Source of the DNA: Chloroflexota bacterium
GTDB lineage: Bacteria; Chloroflexota; UBA11872; VXOZ01
Direction: 5' to 3'
Assembly (NCBI GenBank): GCA_965221905.1
Contig: OZ244922.1
Span: 960,001-1,024,000 of the forward strand
DNA length: 64,000 bases
Of this stretch, positions 1 to 9,569 are shown in pieces (positions within the stretch are counted from its first letter, which is position 1; each line of letters begins with the position of its first letter). The translations under genes and the position numbers were made by a program. The notes below the pieces were generated by a model. That model saw only the letters and a list, made by a program, of their open reading frames with translations. It ran no database searches and had not been told where the DNA came from.

Positions 1-75
1 GAGCATGCCAAGATCAGCGCTGACGAACGCCGGATGATCGTGCAGGGCAATGCCGCGCGCCTGTTCGGCCTTTGA
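1..75 (+). CDS. 3' end of probable amidohydrolase family protein (partial)
   Basis: Frame 1 reads EHAKISADERRMIVQGNAARLFGL*, a typical amidohydrolase_2 C-terminal GNAxRL motif. Confidence 0.6.
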   Translation, partial: EHAKISADERRMIVQGNAARLFGL

Positions 76-298
76 TGTAGGCGACCCTAACGACACGAGC
101 AGGGCCTTCGCTTCTCCTACTTAGAAGGTGCTGCCGCGCACTGGTATGTGTTCGCCCCCAACCGCCAATCCCGTTCGGATTGAACCTATTCTGGCTTCTC
201 TCCGCAAATGCTAGGGCAAAGAGGAGGCAGGTTACAAACCTGCGCTACTGGAGTGAGTCGACGATGTAGGCGTGCATACTGTCTTTAGGCGAGGCGAT

Positions 299-1138
299 CT
301 AAGACTGTCGTGCCTGGGCGTGGAATTGGGTGCCGACTTGGTCGTCGGTAAGTAGCTGGCGCAGGACGGCGTGCGGCTCGCGGCCGTCAACGATGTGGGC
401 GGACGGCACCCCTTCCAAGGCATCCAAACAGGCAGTGACTTTTGGGATCATACCCCCGGAGATCGTGCCGTCGCGGATGAGTTGCCGTGCTTTAGCGGCC
501 GTAAGGGAAGGCAGTATGTCGCCGTCCTTGTCCTGCACGCCCGGCACGTCGGTGAGCAAGAGGAAGTGACGAGCCGAAAGCGCCTTGGCAATATCGCCTG
601 CCACAGTGTCGGCGTTGATGTTGAGAAGCTGTCCTTCTTCCGTGATGCCGAGCGGGGCAATAACCGGCACGGCTCCGGCTTCCCCCAGGGCCACAAACAT
701 CGAGACATTCACCTTCTCCACTTCACCCACAAATCCAAGTCCGGCAGGATTCTTGCGCGGCCTCGCCAAGAGCAATGTGCCGTCCGCGCCGGTCAGGCCG
801 ATCGCGTTGATCCCGCGCGCGTTGAACATTGCCACCAAATCGCTATTCACCTTACCGGCGAGGACCATTTGCACCAGTTCCAGGGCATCGGCGTCCGTGA
901 CCCGCAAGCCCTGCACGAACTTTGCTTCTCGGCCTAAGGTCTTTTCCCATTCCGTCACTGCCTTGCCGCCGCCGTGCACGATAACGGGGAACACGCCGGC
1001 TTCCCACAACGCATTGACGTCTTCGCAGAATGCCTCGTGATGAGGCAGTACGTTGCCCCCAATTTTGATTACCACAGCCTCTTCGCTAAGTGTGCGGAGT
1101 CTCGACAGTGTTCCGATGAAGTGTTCATATGCTGCCAC
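299..1138 (-). CDS. argB: Acetylglutamate kinase
   Basis: VIKIGGN, VHGGG, GLRVTD, NINADTVA and GGMIPKV motifs. Confidence 0.95.
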   Translation of the reverse strand: MAAYEHFIGTLSRLRTLSEEAVVIKIGGNVLPHHEAFCEDVNALWEAGVFPVIVHGGGKAVTEWEKTLGREAKFVQGLRVTDADALELVQMVLAGKVNSDLVAMFNARGINAIGLTGADGTLLLARPRKNPAGLGFVGEVEKVNVSMFVALGEAGAVPVIAPLGITEEGQLLNINADTVAGDIAKALSARHFLLLTDVPGVQDKDGDILPSLTAAKARQLIRDGTISGGMIPKVTACLDALEGVPSAHIVDGREPHAVLRQLLTDDQVGTQFHAQARQS

Positions 1139-1168
1139 TATCGTCTGCTCCTTTGCGATTGTGTCCCA

Positions 1169-2134
1169 TCATTTTGATAGCACTTCGGGGTTGACGCAGA
1201 AGTGGGGACGTTCTCCCTGCAATACGCGGGTGATGTCCAGGGCGAGAGTCGTCGCCATCCGTATCATCGCCTCTTCGGTATGGGCGGCCATGTGCGGGCT
1301 GACGATGACGTTCTCCAAGGCAAAGAGTGGGTGGTCCGCAGGCGGTGGTTCTTGCTGCCAGACGTCAACCGCCGCTCCGGCAATCTGGCCCTCCAGCAGC
1401 GCCGTGGCCAGCGCCTGTTCATCCAGGATGCCGCCGCGCGCGCAGTTGATGAGGATGGCCGTGGGCTTCATCAGGCTGAGCTCGCGCGTCCCGATGAGAT
1501 CGCGAGTCTCAGGTGTCAGCGGCGAATGCAGAGAGATGTAGTCGGCCTCTTGCAGCAAGGTCGAAAGGTCTGAAACGAGTTCGACCCCCCGCAGGCGGGC
1601 ATCATCCGGCGAAAGGTACGGATCGTAGGCGATCACGTGCATGTCAAGCGCGGCACGGCACATGCGGGCGACCCGGCTGCCAACCCGGCCCGCACCCACG
1701 ATCCCAAGCGTCTTCCCATAGAGTTCGAAGCCAATGAGGCGCGTGCGCGATTGGAAATCGCCGTTGCGCTGGGCGCGGTCGCCGAGCAGCACCATCTTGC
1801 TCACGGCGAGCATCATCCCCAGCGTGTGCTCCGCCACCGATTCCGCGTTTGCGGCGGGAGTATACAGCACCGGAATGCCGCGCGACGTAGCATACGCCAC
1901 GTCCACGCTATCAACGCCGACGCCGTGCCGGGAAATGGCGCGCAAAGAGGGCGCGGCGTCGATAAGTTCCGGTGTTACTTTAGTGAGGCGAGCGACCAGG
2001 GCGTGGGCGTCACGAATCTGGTCTGTCAAGGGGATACCGCCGGCTTGGCTTGCTTGGCGCACCGTTGCGATCTGCTCCAGAATCGCGATCCCTTGCTCAT
2101 GAATAGGATCGGCTAGGACGATGGTATAGGCCAT
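1169..2134 (-). CDS. D-isomer-specific 2-hydroxyacid dehydrogenase (SerA-like, no ACT domain)
   Basis: RHGVGVD, GIVGAGRVG, INCARG, DVWQQEP and SPHMAA motifs; ATG at 2134 preferred. Confidence 0.9.
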   Translation of the reverse strand: MAYTIVLADPIHEQGIAILEQIATVRQASQAGGIPLTDQIRDAHALVARLTKVTPELIDAAPSLRAISRHGVGVDSVDVAYATSRGIPVLYTPAANAESVAEHTLGMMLAVSKMVLLGDRAQRNGDFQSRTRLIGFELYGKTLGIVGAGRVGSRVARMCRAALDMHVIAYDPYLSPDDARLRGVELVSDLSTLLQEADYISLHSPLTPETRDLIGTRELSLMKPTAILINCARGGILDEQALATALLEGQIAGAAVDVWQQEPPPADHPLFALENVIVSPHMAAHTEEAMIRMATTLALDITRVLQGERPHFCVNPEVLSK

Positions 2135-2195
2135 TGGCTCTTTCCCCACAGAGGCGACGCAGTCCAGATTTCACGCGCGATCGGCGCCAAATGCA

Positions 2196-2315
2196 TGCTA
2201 TAATGTAGCAGAAGTTCCAACTCTCTGCCAGGCATAGCGCCATTGCTCCGTCAGTGGTCGCTAGCCGCCTGGACGTGTGGATCACACACGCAGGTCTCTG
2301 CGTGCTTTGTTATTT
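2196..2315 (+). promoter_or_regulatory. Extended -10 promoter with structured leader and terminator-like hairpin upstream of lysC
   Basis: TGCTATAAT at 2196-2204; stem CCAGGC..TAGCG.CCATTG / CAGTGG.CGCTA..GCCTGG; hairpin CACGCAG-gtct-CTGCGTG followed by a T-rich tract. Confidence 0.45.
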
Positions 2316-2417
2316 GTAGGCAATATTGCGCGCCTGCAAGTATATGAATGTGTAGCCTGCGGGGGCCGGATTCAGCAGGAATGAGAGAGTATTGACGGCT
2401 AAGGAGAAGACGAGCGC

Positions 2418-3644
2418 ATGGCGCGAGTCGTTCAGAAATACGGCGGCAGTTCGGTAGCATCGGCGGAGCGCATCAGGGCCGTGGCTGCGCGCCTCGCCGC
2501 TGTCCACGATGCCGGCAACAACGTGATCGTCGTGGTCTCCGCCATGGGAGACACCACCGACGACCTCATAGCCCTCGCGCATGAAGTGTCCCGCACGCCG
2601 GGGGGCCGCGACCTGGACCTGCTTCTCTCGACCGGTGAGATCGTTTCCTCTACGTTGCTCTCCATGTGCCTCCGCGATATGGGCTACGATGCTGTCGCGC
2701 TCACCGGCCAGCAAGCGGGGATTCGCACCGACTCATTCTATTCGCGCGCGCGCATCGTTGACATCGACCCTTCACGGATGGAACAAGAACTCGACCAGGG
2801 CCGCATCGTCATTGTGGCCGGATTCCAAGGTGTAACCCACGACCTGGATGTAACCACACTCGGGAGGGGCGGTTCGGACACCACCGCAGTCGCCATCGCA
2901 ATTGCGGTGAAAGCCGCCACCTGCGAGATATATACCGACGTAGACGGCATCTACACCGCCGACCCGCGCGTAATTCCCACCGCACGGAAGCTCAGCCGGA
3001 TTGCCCATGAGGAGATGCTGGAGATGGCAATGCTCGGCGCGCGCGTGATGCACGCCAGGGCGGTAGAGCTGGCAGAACTCTTTGACATGCCCATCGTGGT
3101 GCGTTCATCGTTCAATGACGATTCAGGTACAGTGATCACGCGAGGAGAGGATATGGAGAAAGACGCTAAACGCATTCGCGGTATCGCAGTAGATACCGAC
3201 GTCGCCAAGATTTCTGTGCTCGGCATTCCAGACCGCCCCGGCATTGCCCACGGGCTTTTTCAACCTCTCGCCGACGAAAGCATCAACGTGGACGTAATCG
3301 TGCAGAACATCAGCCACGACGGGATAGCCGATATCTCTTTCACCGTTTCGCGCGACGATTTGGCTAAGACGCTGGAGTTAATCGAAGTTGCCTGCCAGGC
3401 TTTGGGCGCGTCTGACGTGTTGCACTTTGCCAATCTGGCAAAGGTGTCGATCGTGGGCACCGGCATACAGAGCACTCCCGGTGTGGCCGCACGCATGTTC
3501 GGCGCACTGGCAGAACCGGGCATCAACATCGAGAGCATTACGACGAGCGAGATCAGACTTACGTGCCTCGTGCATGAAGACGACGCTGAGCGGGCAGCCA
3601 TATCCCTGCACCACGCGTTTGAGCTAGACCAACCGGAAGAGTAA
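2418..3644 (+). CDS. lysC: Aspartate kinase with two ACT domains
   Basis: VQKYGGSSV, VVSAMGDTTD, TTLGRGGSDTTA and IYTDVDGIYTADPR; RBS AAGGAG. Confidence 0.97.
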   Translation: MARVVQKYGGSSVASAERIRAVAARLAAVHDAGNNVIVVVSAMGDTTDDLIALAHEVSRTPGGRDLDLLLSTGEIVSSTLLSMCLRDMGYDAVALTGQQAGIRTDSFYSRARIVDIDPSRMEQELDQGRIVIVAGFQGVTHDLDVTTLGRGGSDTTAVAIAIAVKAATCEIYTDVDGIYTADPRVIPTARKLSRIAHEEMLEMAMLGARVMHARAVELAELFDMPIVVRSSFNDDSGTVITRGEDMEKDAKRIRGIAVDTDVAKISVLGIPDRPGIAHGLFQPLADESINVDVIVQNISHDGIADISFTVSRDDLAKTLELIEVACQALGASDVLHFANLAKVSIVGTGIQSTPGVAARMFGALAEPGINIESITTSEIRLTCLVHEDDAERAAISLHHAFELDQPEE

Positions 3645-3749
3645 ACTGAAAGTACTGAGGGTACGCGTGCTGTTGCCCTGGGACGCTCGGCGGCGCCGGG
3701 CGACCGTGACCGGAAGACACTGTAGAGAAGCTACGCAGGCGGTATTTCG

Positions 3750-4283
3750 ATGATCGAGATGGTGATAGAGAAGGTGGGCAGGAACCCGGCCAATCCGACC
3801 CGGCTGGTTGTCCTGCGCGAGAAGGACCAACAGCGTTATCTCGTGATCGTAATCGGCATTGCCGAGGCCGATTCGATTGCGATCAAGCTCCACAAGCACA
3901 GTTTCTCCCGGCCGCTAACCCACGACCTCCTCAGCAGCGTCATAGAGATGCTCGGCGCTACAGTGGTTAGTATCCTCATCAACGATTTGGCGGATCGCAC
4001 CTACTACGCGCGGATCGTGCTCGACCACAATGGACGGCACATCGAAATCGACGCGCGACCTAGCGACGCGATCGCCCTGGCAGTGCGTGTCGATGCGCCA
4101 ATTCTCGTCGCGGAGAGCGTGCTGGATGCTGCGAGTTTTACTCCAGCGAAGGAAGAAGGAGGCGATGGCGAGTCCGGAGAGGAAAGCGCGCACGATCCCG
4201 AGCTTGAGGAACAGCTCGGCGTCTTTCGCGAGTTTATAAACTCCCTCGACGTCGATGACTTGGAGAAACCGAAGCAGGAGTGA
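3750..4283 (+). CDS. Bifunctional nuclease family protein (DUF151)
   Basis: IGIAEADSIA, RPLTHDLL and IDARPSDAIALAVR motifs. Confidence 0.92.
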   Translation: MIEMVIEKVGRNPANPTRLVVLREKDQQRYLVIVIGIAEADSIAIKLHKHSFSRPLTHDLLSSVIEMLGATVVSILINDLADRTYYARIVLDHNGRHIEIDARPSDAIALAVRVDAPILVAESVLDAASFTPAKEEGGDGESGEESAHDPELEEQLGVFREFINSLDVDDLEKPKQE

Positions 4284-4451
4284 GCACTGCGCGGACAAGA
4301 AAATAAATCTGAGCGAGTTCGCGTCCCGTAACTTGGAGTGGTGGGGCGTCTTTGCTTTAAAGACTTGGCGATATGCTTATCATGTCCAGAGCAAATTCGT
4401 GGTGAGGTCTTTGGGCAATTGCAGCATGAAATCCTCTAGGGTACACGGGAA

Positions 4452-5180
4452 TCAAGCTTTACGTTCCGCCAATTTGCTGCCCGGCAGTGGAGGAGTTCCA
4501 GGGTTGACTTCCCGGAATTTTCTATATAGTCGAGGATCAAATGGCTTGGCAGAAACTATCTCGGCTGAAGATATGATCACTCGCGTGTCACTAGCAACGA
4601 TGTCGCTATCAGCTAGTATTACTCCGGTATAGTCAATCTCTATCACCAGCTTTTGCGTTGATTCGTCACGGTATCCACTTTGCAGTGGAGAGAGCTCAAT
4701 GTCAGCATTGCGACCGTTCTTCATGCTTAGCGGATAGCCAATATAGGACTTCCTGTTCTTAAGTGTAATCTCAACGAACATGTCCGATCCGAGAGCTTCG
4801 GCGATAAGTGCTCCAAGTTGGTCGCCTCTCTCTCTCGCAGACTTAATGAAGCCTGCTGCTTCGTTGTAGAACGCCAGCGCAAGGAGCAACCAGATCAATC
4901 CTAGGGCGATGCCTGCAATATAAGCGCCGACGTAGAATCCGAATGGTGAAAGCGATCCCCATGTTTCAGAGATTCGTAGAACCCAATCTGCAGAAGCAAA
5001 AGTGTGCCCAATAATCGAACCAAGTACATAGGGCACACCCACGAGACCATAGCCGACAAGTGCAGACTTGAAGAAGAGATGGTAGCCGGATTCGTGGGGT
5101 ATCGTCAAACGGGTGCGTTTTGAGGCCTTAAGGAAGAAATATCCAATTAGAGCGGGAAAGAGTGTCGATACTAGATCCAT
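4452..5180 (-). CDS. Membrane protein with N-terminal TM helices and a C-terminal Sm-like beta domain
   Basis: About 3 hydrophobic segments, then VEITLKNRKSYIG...LSPLQSGYRD; visibly AT-richer than flanks. Confidence 0.7.
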   Translation of the reverse strand: MDLVSTLFPALIGYFFLKASKRTRLTIPHESGYHLFFKSALVGYGLVGVPYVLGSIIGHTFASADWVLRISETWGSLSPFGFYVGAYIAGIALGLIWLLLALAFYNEAAGFIKSARERGDQLGALIAEALGSDMFVEITLKNRKSYIGYPLSMKNGRNADIELSPLQSGYRDESTQKLVIEIDYTGVILADSDIVASDTRVIISSAEIVSAKPFDPRLYRKFREVNPGTPPLPGSKLAERKA

Positions 5181-5423
5181 CTAGGACTCGGCTACAGTTG
5201 GACTATCCTTTGGTGAGGACTCTGCCATTGGCCCAAGTTCATTGAGTTCTCTGATTTTTTCGCGAATTGTTGGGTTCTTGAACACGTCTTCCGGCTTGAC
5301 ATACAGTCCCCCATTTCCATCCGCATAAACCCTAATCTTCTTCTCTTTTTCGCCACTAGATTCAAGCATCTTGCACATTCCAATCTGCTTCTTTCCAGGA
5401 CACCCCCTTAATCCTATTCTCAT
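5181..5423 (-). CDS. Small hypothetical protein abutting the membrane protein gene (start uncertain)
   Basis: Stop codon directly adjacent to the ATG at 5180; charged sequence RVYADGNGGLYVKPEDVF. Confidence 0.5.
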   Translation of the reverse strand: MRIGLRGCPGKKQIGMCKMLESSGEKEKKIRVYADGNGGLYVKPEDVFKNPTIREKIRELNELGPMAESSPKDSPTVAES

Positions 5424-5585
5424 TCGTAGTATTGTAGCAAGTCATCGACGACCAACTGCGCACAGACCCCAGGTTGCTTCAGGAATTTACCAACTTTCCG
5501 TCTACTCTCTCTGCTGAGCACACAACACTGTAGTGGATTGATCACCGATTGATCGTTGGCCATAAATTTCTTGGAGACATTTACG

Positions 5586-6587
5586 TCAAGCCGTCACGTG
5601 CTCGAGGAGTTTCCCTAGAGAGACGGTATCTTGCGCGAGAAGCCGACGTAATGCGCGGCCGGAGACCGAATCTGAAGCAGCCAACGCAACTGCGGCTTGG
5701 AATTCGGCTGCTGAGAAGTCGCCTTCCGGTTCTGCCAAGAGTGCGTCTCGAATCCGCAGCCTCAGCGCGTAGCAGTCAATCTTTTCTCCACTTGGCAGCA
5801 CGACCGGAGCTGTGTAGACGCCCGTTGCAGCGATGAAGTCTTGCACGAATTCAGGCACCGCAGTCGCACCGGCGGCGCTGCCACTGCCTTGAGCATATGC
5901 CGTACGAACGCTCGTTGATGAGAGCGCGGGGTCATGGTAGGCGGGCAGCGTGGTCAGTGCCGCAATATGCTCGCGATACATGCGATTTTCCTTCTGATCA
6001 AGCAGGTTGTCCAGTGCCTGTGTACCGTGCGTACCGCGTTCTGCGACCAGGAATCGCGCGAGCGAAAAGAGCCGGTCAAGGCTGGCTTTGCGATCGGTAT
6101 AGTAGCGGGGATCGAGTATCTGCTGAATCTTGTCGTAGCCCACAACGAAAACCAGCTCCCGCCCGGGCGCGACCATGGCTCTGTGCAGCGCCTCGGCTTG
6201 GTCAACGTAGAGGCCGCGATTGCAGAGCACAACACCCACATTCGGCCGCGATTGTGTGAGCGATTCGAGCATGCAGAGACGGTCTTCCAGGCACACGCCG
6301 GTGACCTCCTCCTTATCTACGGTGTGAATCGCCAGCAAGAACCAGACCGCGTCTATGTTCGGTTGCTGCAGCGCGCCGTCGCAAAGGCTGAGGTGCGCGT
6401 ACGTTACCGGGTTAAACGACCCCGCCACCACCGCTACGTTGCGGTCTGACTCTTTCTGGGGCGGCCGAATGGCTGGTGCCCCAGGGGGTACAACTACGCG
6501 GGCTTCAGGGGGTGAAACGTGTGCAAGTGCGGCGACGTGCCTGTGCCAGGCACGCAATCGCTGCACGTCATACATATGATTTTTCAC
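5586..6587 (-). CDS. Nucleotidyltransferase (NMNAT/cytidylyltransferase-like)
   Basis: AGSFNPVTYAH (T/HxxH), VVGYDK and LSSTSVR motifs. Confidence 0.85.
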   Translation of the reverse strand: MKNHMYDVQRLRAWHRHVAALAHVSPPEARVVVPPGAPAIRPPQKESDRNVAVVAGSFNPVTYAHLSLCDGALQQPNIDAVWFLLAIHTVDKEEVTGVCLEDRLCMLESLTQSRPNVGVVLCNRGLYVDQAEALHRAMVAPGRELVFVVGYDKIQQILDPRYYTDRKASLDRLFSLARFLVAERGTHGTQALDNLLDQKENRMYREHIAALTTLPAYHDPALSSTSVRTAYAQGSGSAAGATAVPEFVQDFIAATGVYTAPVVLPSGEKIDCYALRLRIRDALLAEPEGDFSAAEFQAAVALAASDSVSGRALRRLLAQDTVSLGKLLEHVTA

Positions 6588-7083
6588 CGCCTCACTCTTT
6601 CATGCCCCCAGCAATGACGGCTCTTGCGTAGCGCGAGCGGTTGTCCTTCGCTTCTTGCGCTAAGGATCGGACACCGCATGGGGCCTGCTGCTTCGCCAAT
6701 CAAATCTCAATGCTCCTCGGAATCGTTGCTTTGGTGCGTGCTCTCCCAGGCATCCGGCTGCTTGGTGCAAGCCTCAACACCATGAGAGAAATCGCGGTTG
6801 AGGACGGTAGTAGGCAGAATAGCGGGATAGCGGCTCCGGGGCAAGAGGCGGAACGCGGTTCATTGCGGGGCATCTGCCGTTGCATCCGGTGCTGTATACC
6901 CGGCAAAGGCAGCACCGCTATAATGAGAGTCCATGGTGACAACGCTAATCAAATGCCGCGCAGACCGGCCGCAGAGTCCACCGCTTTAGCAACGGCGGAC
7001 TAATAGTTGCGAAAGAAGAGAGCGGCCCAAGAGTCCGCAATGGCAAAGTACGCGGATTTTCATCCCTAAGAAGGCGGACACAT

Positions 7084-7935
7084 ATGGCTGACGAAAGCAA
7101 TTTTACCAACCAAACTCCTTCGATCACACTCTCCGCCGGCTCGCTTTATACGTATGGTTTGGCGCGAACCTTTGAATTGATGAAGGGCTCCGCGTTTGAC
7201 GGTGTGGAAGTCATCGTTGACGATCGCTGGGATACCCGCCAAGCGGAATACATCAATGCACTCACTGCGCAGTGGGGCATTCCTGTTTGCAGTGTACACG
7301 CGCCGTTTAGAACCATACCGGAAATGGGGGCGGACTATCCCGGCACGCTCAGGGCGACGATACGCTTGGCCGAAGAAGTCGGCGCGCGCACGGTTGTCAT
7401 TCACCCTATTTCGCGAGGCACGCCTGACCTTGCTGAATGGCTGCTGCAGAACCTCGCCGACCTGCAAGCACAGACCCCATTGCTGCTCACTGTCGAGAAT
7501 ATGCCCCGCATATTGGTGAAACGCTTGGGAATCTTGCAGCGGGACGTTCACGAATTTTGGTACCCGGAGGCCATGCGCTCCTTTCCGGCGCTGACGATGG
7601 ATACGACGCACTTTGGCGTCTCGAAAATCGACATCTTGGAAGCGTGGCAACAGCTACACACTACGGTGCGGCATATCCACCTTTCGGACGAATACAATGG
7701 CCGGGAACACCTCTTTCCCGGCGAGGGCACGCTGCCGCTTGCGGACTTTCTTAACGAATTGAGCCGCAGCCGCTTTGGGGGCAACCTCGTGGTGGAGCTT
7801 CACCCCTATGCACTGCATGCGGGGCGCTCTGATGAGAAGGTGCGCGACCGCATCCACCGGGCGTCTGCCTTTTGCCGTGAGCACTTGCACTTGGAAGCAG
7901 CTCAAGCAGAGCCTGCAGGACAGACGAGCAGATAG
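7084..7935 (+). CDS. Sugar phosphate isomerase/epimerase (AP endonuclease 2 TIM barrel)
   Basis: SVHAP, VENMP, MDTTH, HIHLSD, HLFPGEG and VVEL motifs. Confidence 0.88.
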   Translation: MADESNFTNQTPSITLSAGSLYTYGLARTFELMKGSAFDGVEVIVDDRWDTRQAEYINALTAQWGIPVCSVHAPFRTIPEMGADYPGTLRATIRLAEEVGARTVVIHPISRGTPDLAEWLLQNLADLQAQTPLLLTVENMPRILVKRLGILQRDVHEFWYPEAMRSFPALTMDTTHFGVSKIDILEAWQQLHTTVRHIHLSDEYNGREHLFPGEGTLPLADFLNELSRSRFGGNLVVELHPYALHAGRSDEKVRDRIHRASAFCREHLHLEAAQAEPAGQTSR

Positions 7936-8017
7936 TCGCGGCCCGGAGGGTTGGCGGTGAATCTGCGGGTCACGCCAGTGCGATACGGCAGCACGGGGCC
8001 GGATTGCCGGGGAAAAA

Positions 8018-8052
8018 CCCTCATCCTAGCCTTCTCCCTCGGGGAGAAGGGA
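8018..8052. repeat. REP-like palindrome of the CCCTCATCCTAGCCTTCTCCC..GGGAGAAGGG type
   Basis: Hairpin between convergent genes; related copy at about 61713-61750. Confidence 0.6.
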
Positions 8053-8120
8053 CTTTCTTCTGCTGCCGCAGTCTTACGCAGGACGCCGGTCGCGCCACGC
8101 TCCGACGCAAAGAAGAGACT

Positions 8121-9356
8121 CTACACGGCAACTCGTTGCAGTTGGTCCACGTGGCGGCGCACCTTGGCGATGCCCTCCGCAATATCGTCCATGTCCGACT
8201 CTTCCGCCAGCAGGGTCACGTGGCCCATGGCGATGCCCTCTTCCCTAGTGACAAGCTCGGACTCCGGACAATCCATCACGCGGAATTTTCCCGCGCCGCC
8301 GACAATGTCGCCGGATTCAAGGTCGAGCATAGGATTCTCATAGATCGGCCGCGGGTGGCCGCCGGAGACCGGCACGCCCTCCGCGTGGGCAGCGCGTAGG
8401 AAGGTCTCTTTGTCCGTGCCGAATTGCTCCGGCTTTAGGCGGAACGTATAGATATGCATCCCGTGCTGGGTGACCTCGGGCGGAATCGGCGGCGGCTCGA
8501 TGCCGTCTATTTGCGCCAAGAGGTTGGAGAGGTATTTTGCGTTGCGGTTGCGCTTCTTCGTTTGTTCGTCGAAGCGTGACAGTTGCCCCAGCAGAATTGC
8601 CGCCAGGAACTCGTTCATGGGGTAGTGGCCGCCCAACTCGTAGTGCACGTAGCCCGGTTCACCCTTGGCTCGGCCAAAGCTGGAGAGCGTATAGAGCCAG
8701 CGCTCGGCAAGCTCCTCGTGGTTGGTGGTGAGCATGCCGCCCTCGCCGGTGCTCATGTTCTTGCCGCCGCCTAAGCTATAGGAACTGGCGTCGCCCATGC
8801 CGCCAAGTTTCTTGCCCTTCCACTCCGCGCCGTGGGCATGGGCGGCATCGACGATGATCGCCAGGTCGTGCTTGCGGGCGATTTCCTCAAACCGTTCCAT
8901 GTCCGCTGGGTAGCCGCCATAATGCACCGGGCTGATGGCGCGCGTGCGCGGCGTAATGGCCTCTTCGGTGCGGTCGGGATCAAGGCATAGCGAACCCGGA
9001 TGAATATCCGCCATTACCGCAGTCGCGCCAAGGTACATGGGCGCAAATGCGGTGGCGATGAACGTGAAGGCCGGTACGATCACCTCATCTCCTGCGCCGA
9101 CGCCAAACGCCTTTAGTCCAATCTCCAGGCCGGCGGTGCAACTGATAAGCCCAATGCCGAATCGGGCGTCGTGATAGGCGGCGAACTGCTCCTGCGCCGC
9201 GGTCTTCATGGGCCCGTGCGCTGTGCCGCCCCACGTTCTACTCTCGAAGACCTCTTGCACGTTGCGCAGTTCGCGTTCATCGTATTGCGGCCACTTCGGC
9301 CAACGCTTCGAGCCGTCCCGAACCGGTGTCCCGCCATGCAGGGCAAGTCGCTCCAT
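8121..9356 (-). CDS. DegT/DnrJ/EryC1/StrS PLP aminotransferase
   Basis: GDEVIVPAFTFIATA, PVHYGG, DAAHAHGA and SLGGGKNMSTGEGG. Confidence 0.93.
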   Translation of the reverse strand: MERLALHGGTPVRDGSKRWPKWPQYDERELRNVQEVFESRTWGGTAHGPMKTAAQEQFAAYHDARFGIGLISCTAGLEIGLKAFGVGAGDEVIVPAFTFIATAFAPMYLGATAVMADIHPGSLCLDPDRTEEAITPRTRAISPVHYGGYPADMERFEEIARKHDLAIIVDAAHAHGAEWKGKKLGGMGDASSYSLGGGKNMSTGEGGMLTTNHEELAERWLYTLSSFGRAKGEPGYVHYELGGHYPMNEFLAAILLGQLSRFDEQTKKRNRNAKYLSNLLAQIDGIEPPPIPPEVTQHGMHIYTFRLKPEQFGTDKETFLRAAHAEGVPVSGGHPRPIYENPMLDLESGDIVGGAGKFRVMDCPESELVTREEGIAMGHVTLLAEESDMDDIAEGIAKVRRHVDQLQRVAV

Positions 9357-9569
9357 AACACCCACTCCTGTTTGTCCAAGTATTCAGAGAATCTCGACAC
9401 ACGTCAGTGCACAATTCACGCCGGTAATTCTTGACGCAATTATATACCCTTTGGCCGGAACTGTGCTCCTGTCAAACGAACGAGGGAATAGCCTTGTAAG
9501 CTACTCCCTCGTGTCGGACCGACGAGGCGATTGGCAACCTTAACCGGTTACTACGCCTCAGACGACCTA

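Noticed and set aside
2196-2417. Canonical lysine, SAM-I or T-box riboswitch
   Set aside because: Diagnostic conserved motifs were not found by eye. Kept only as an unassigned structured leader.
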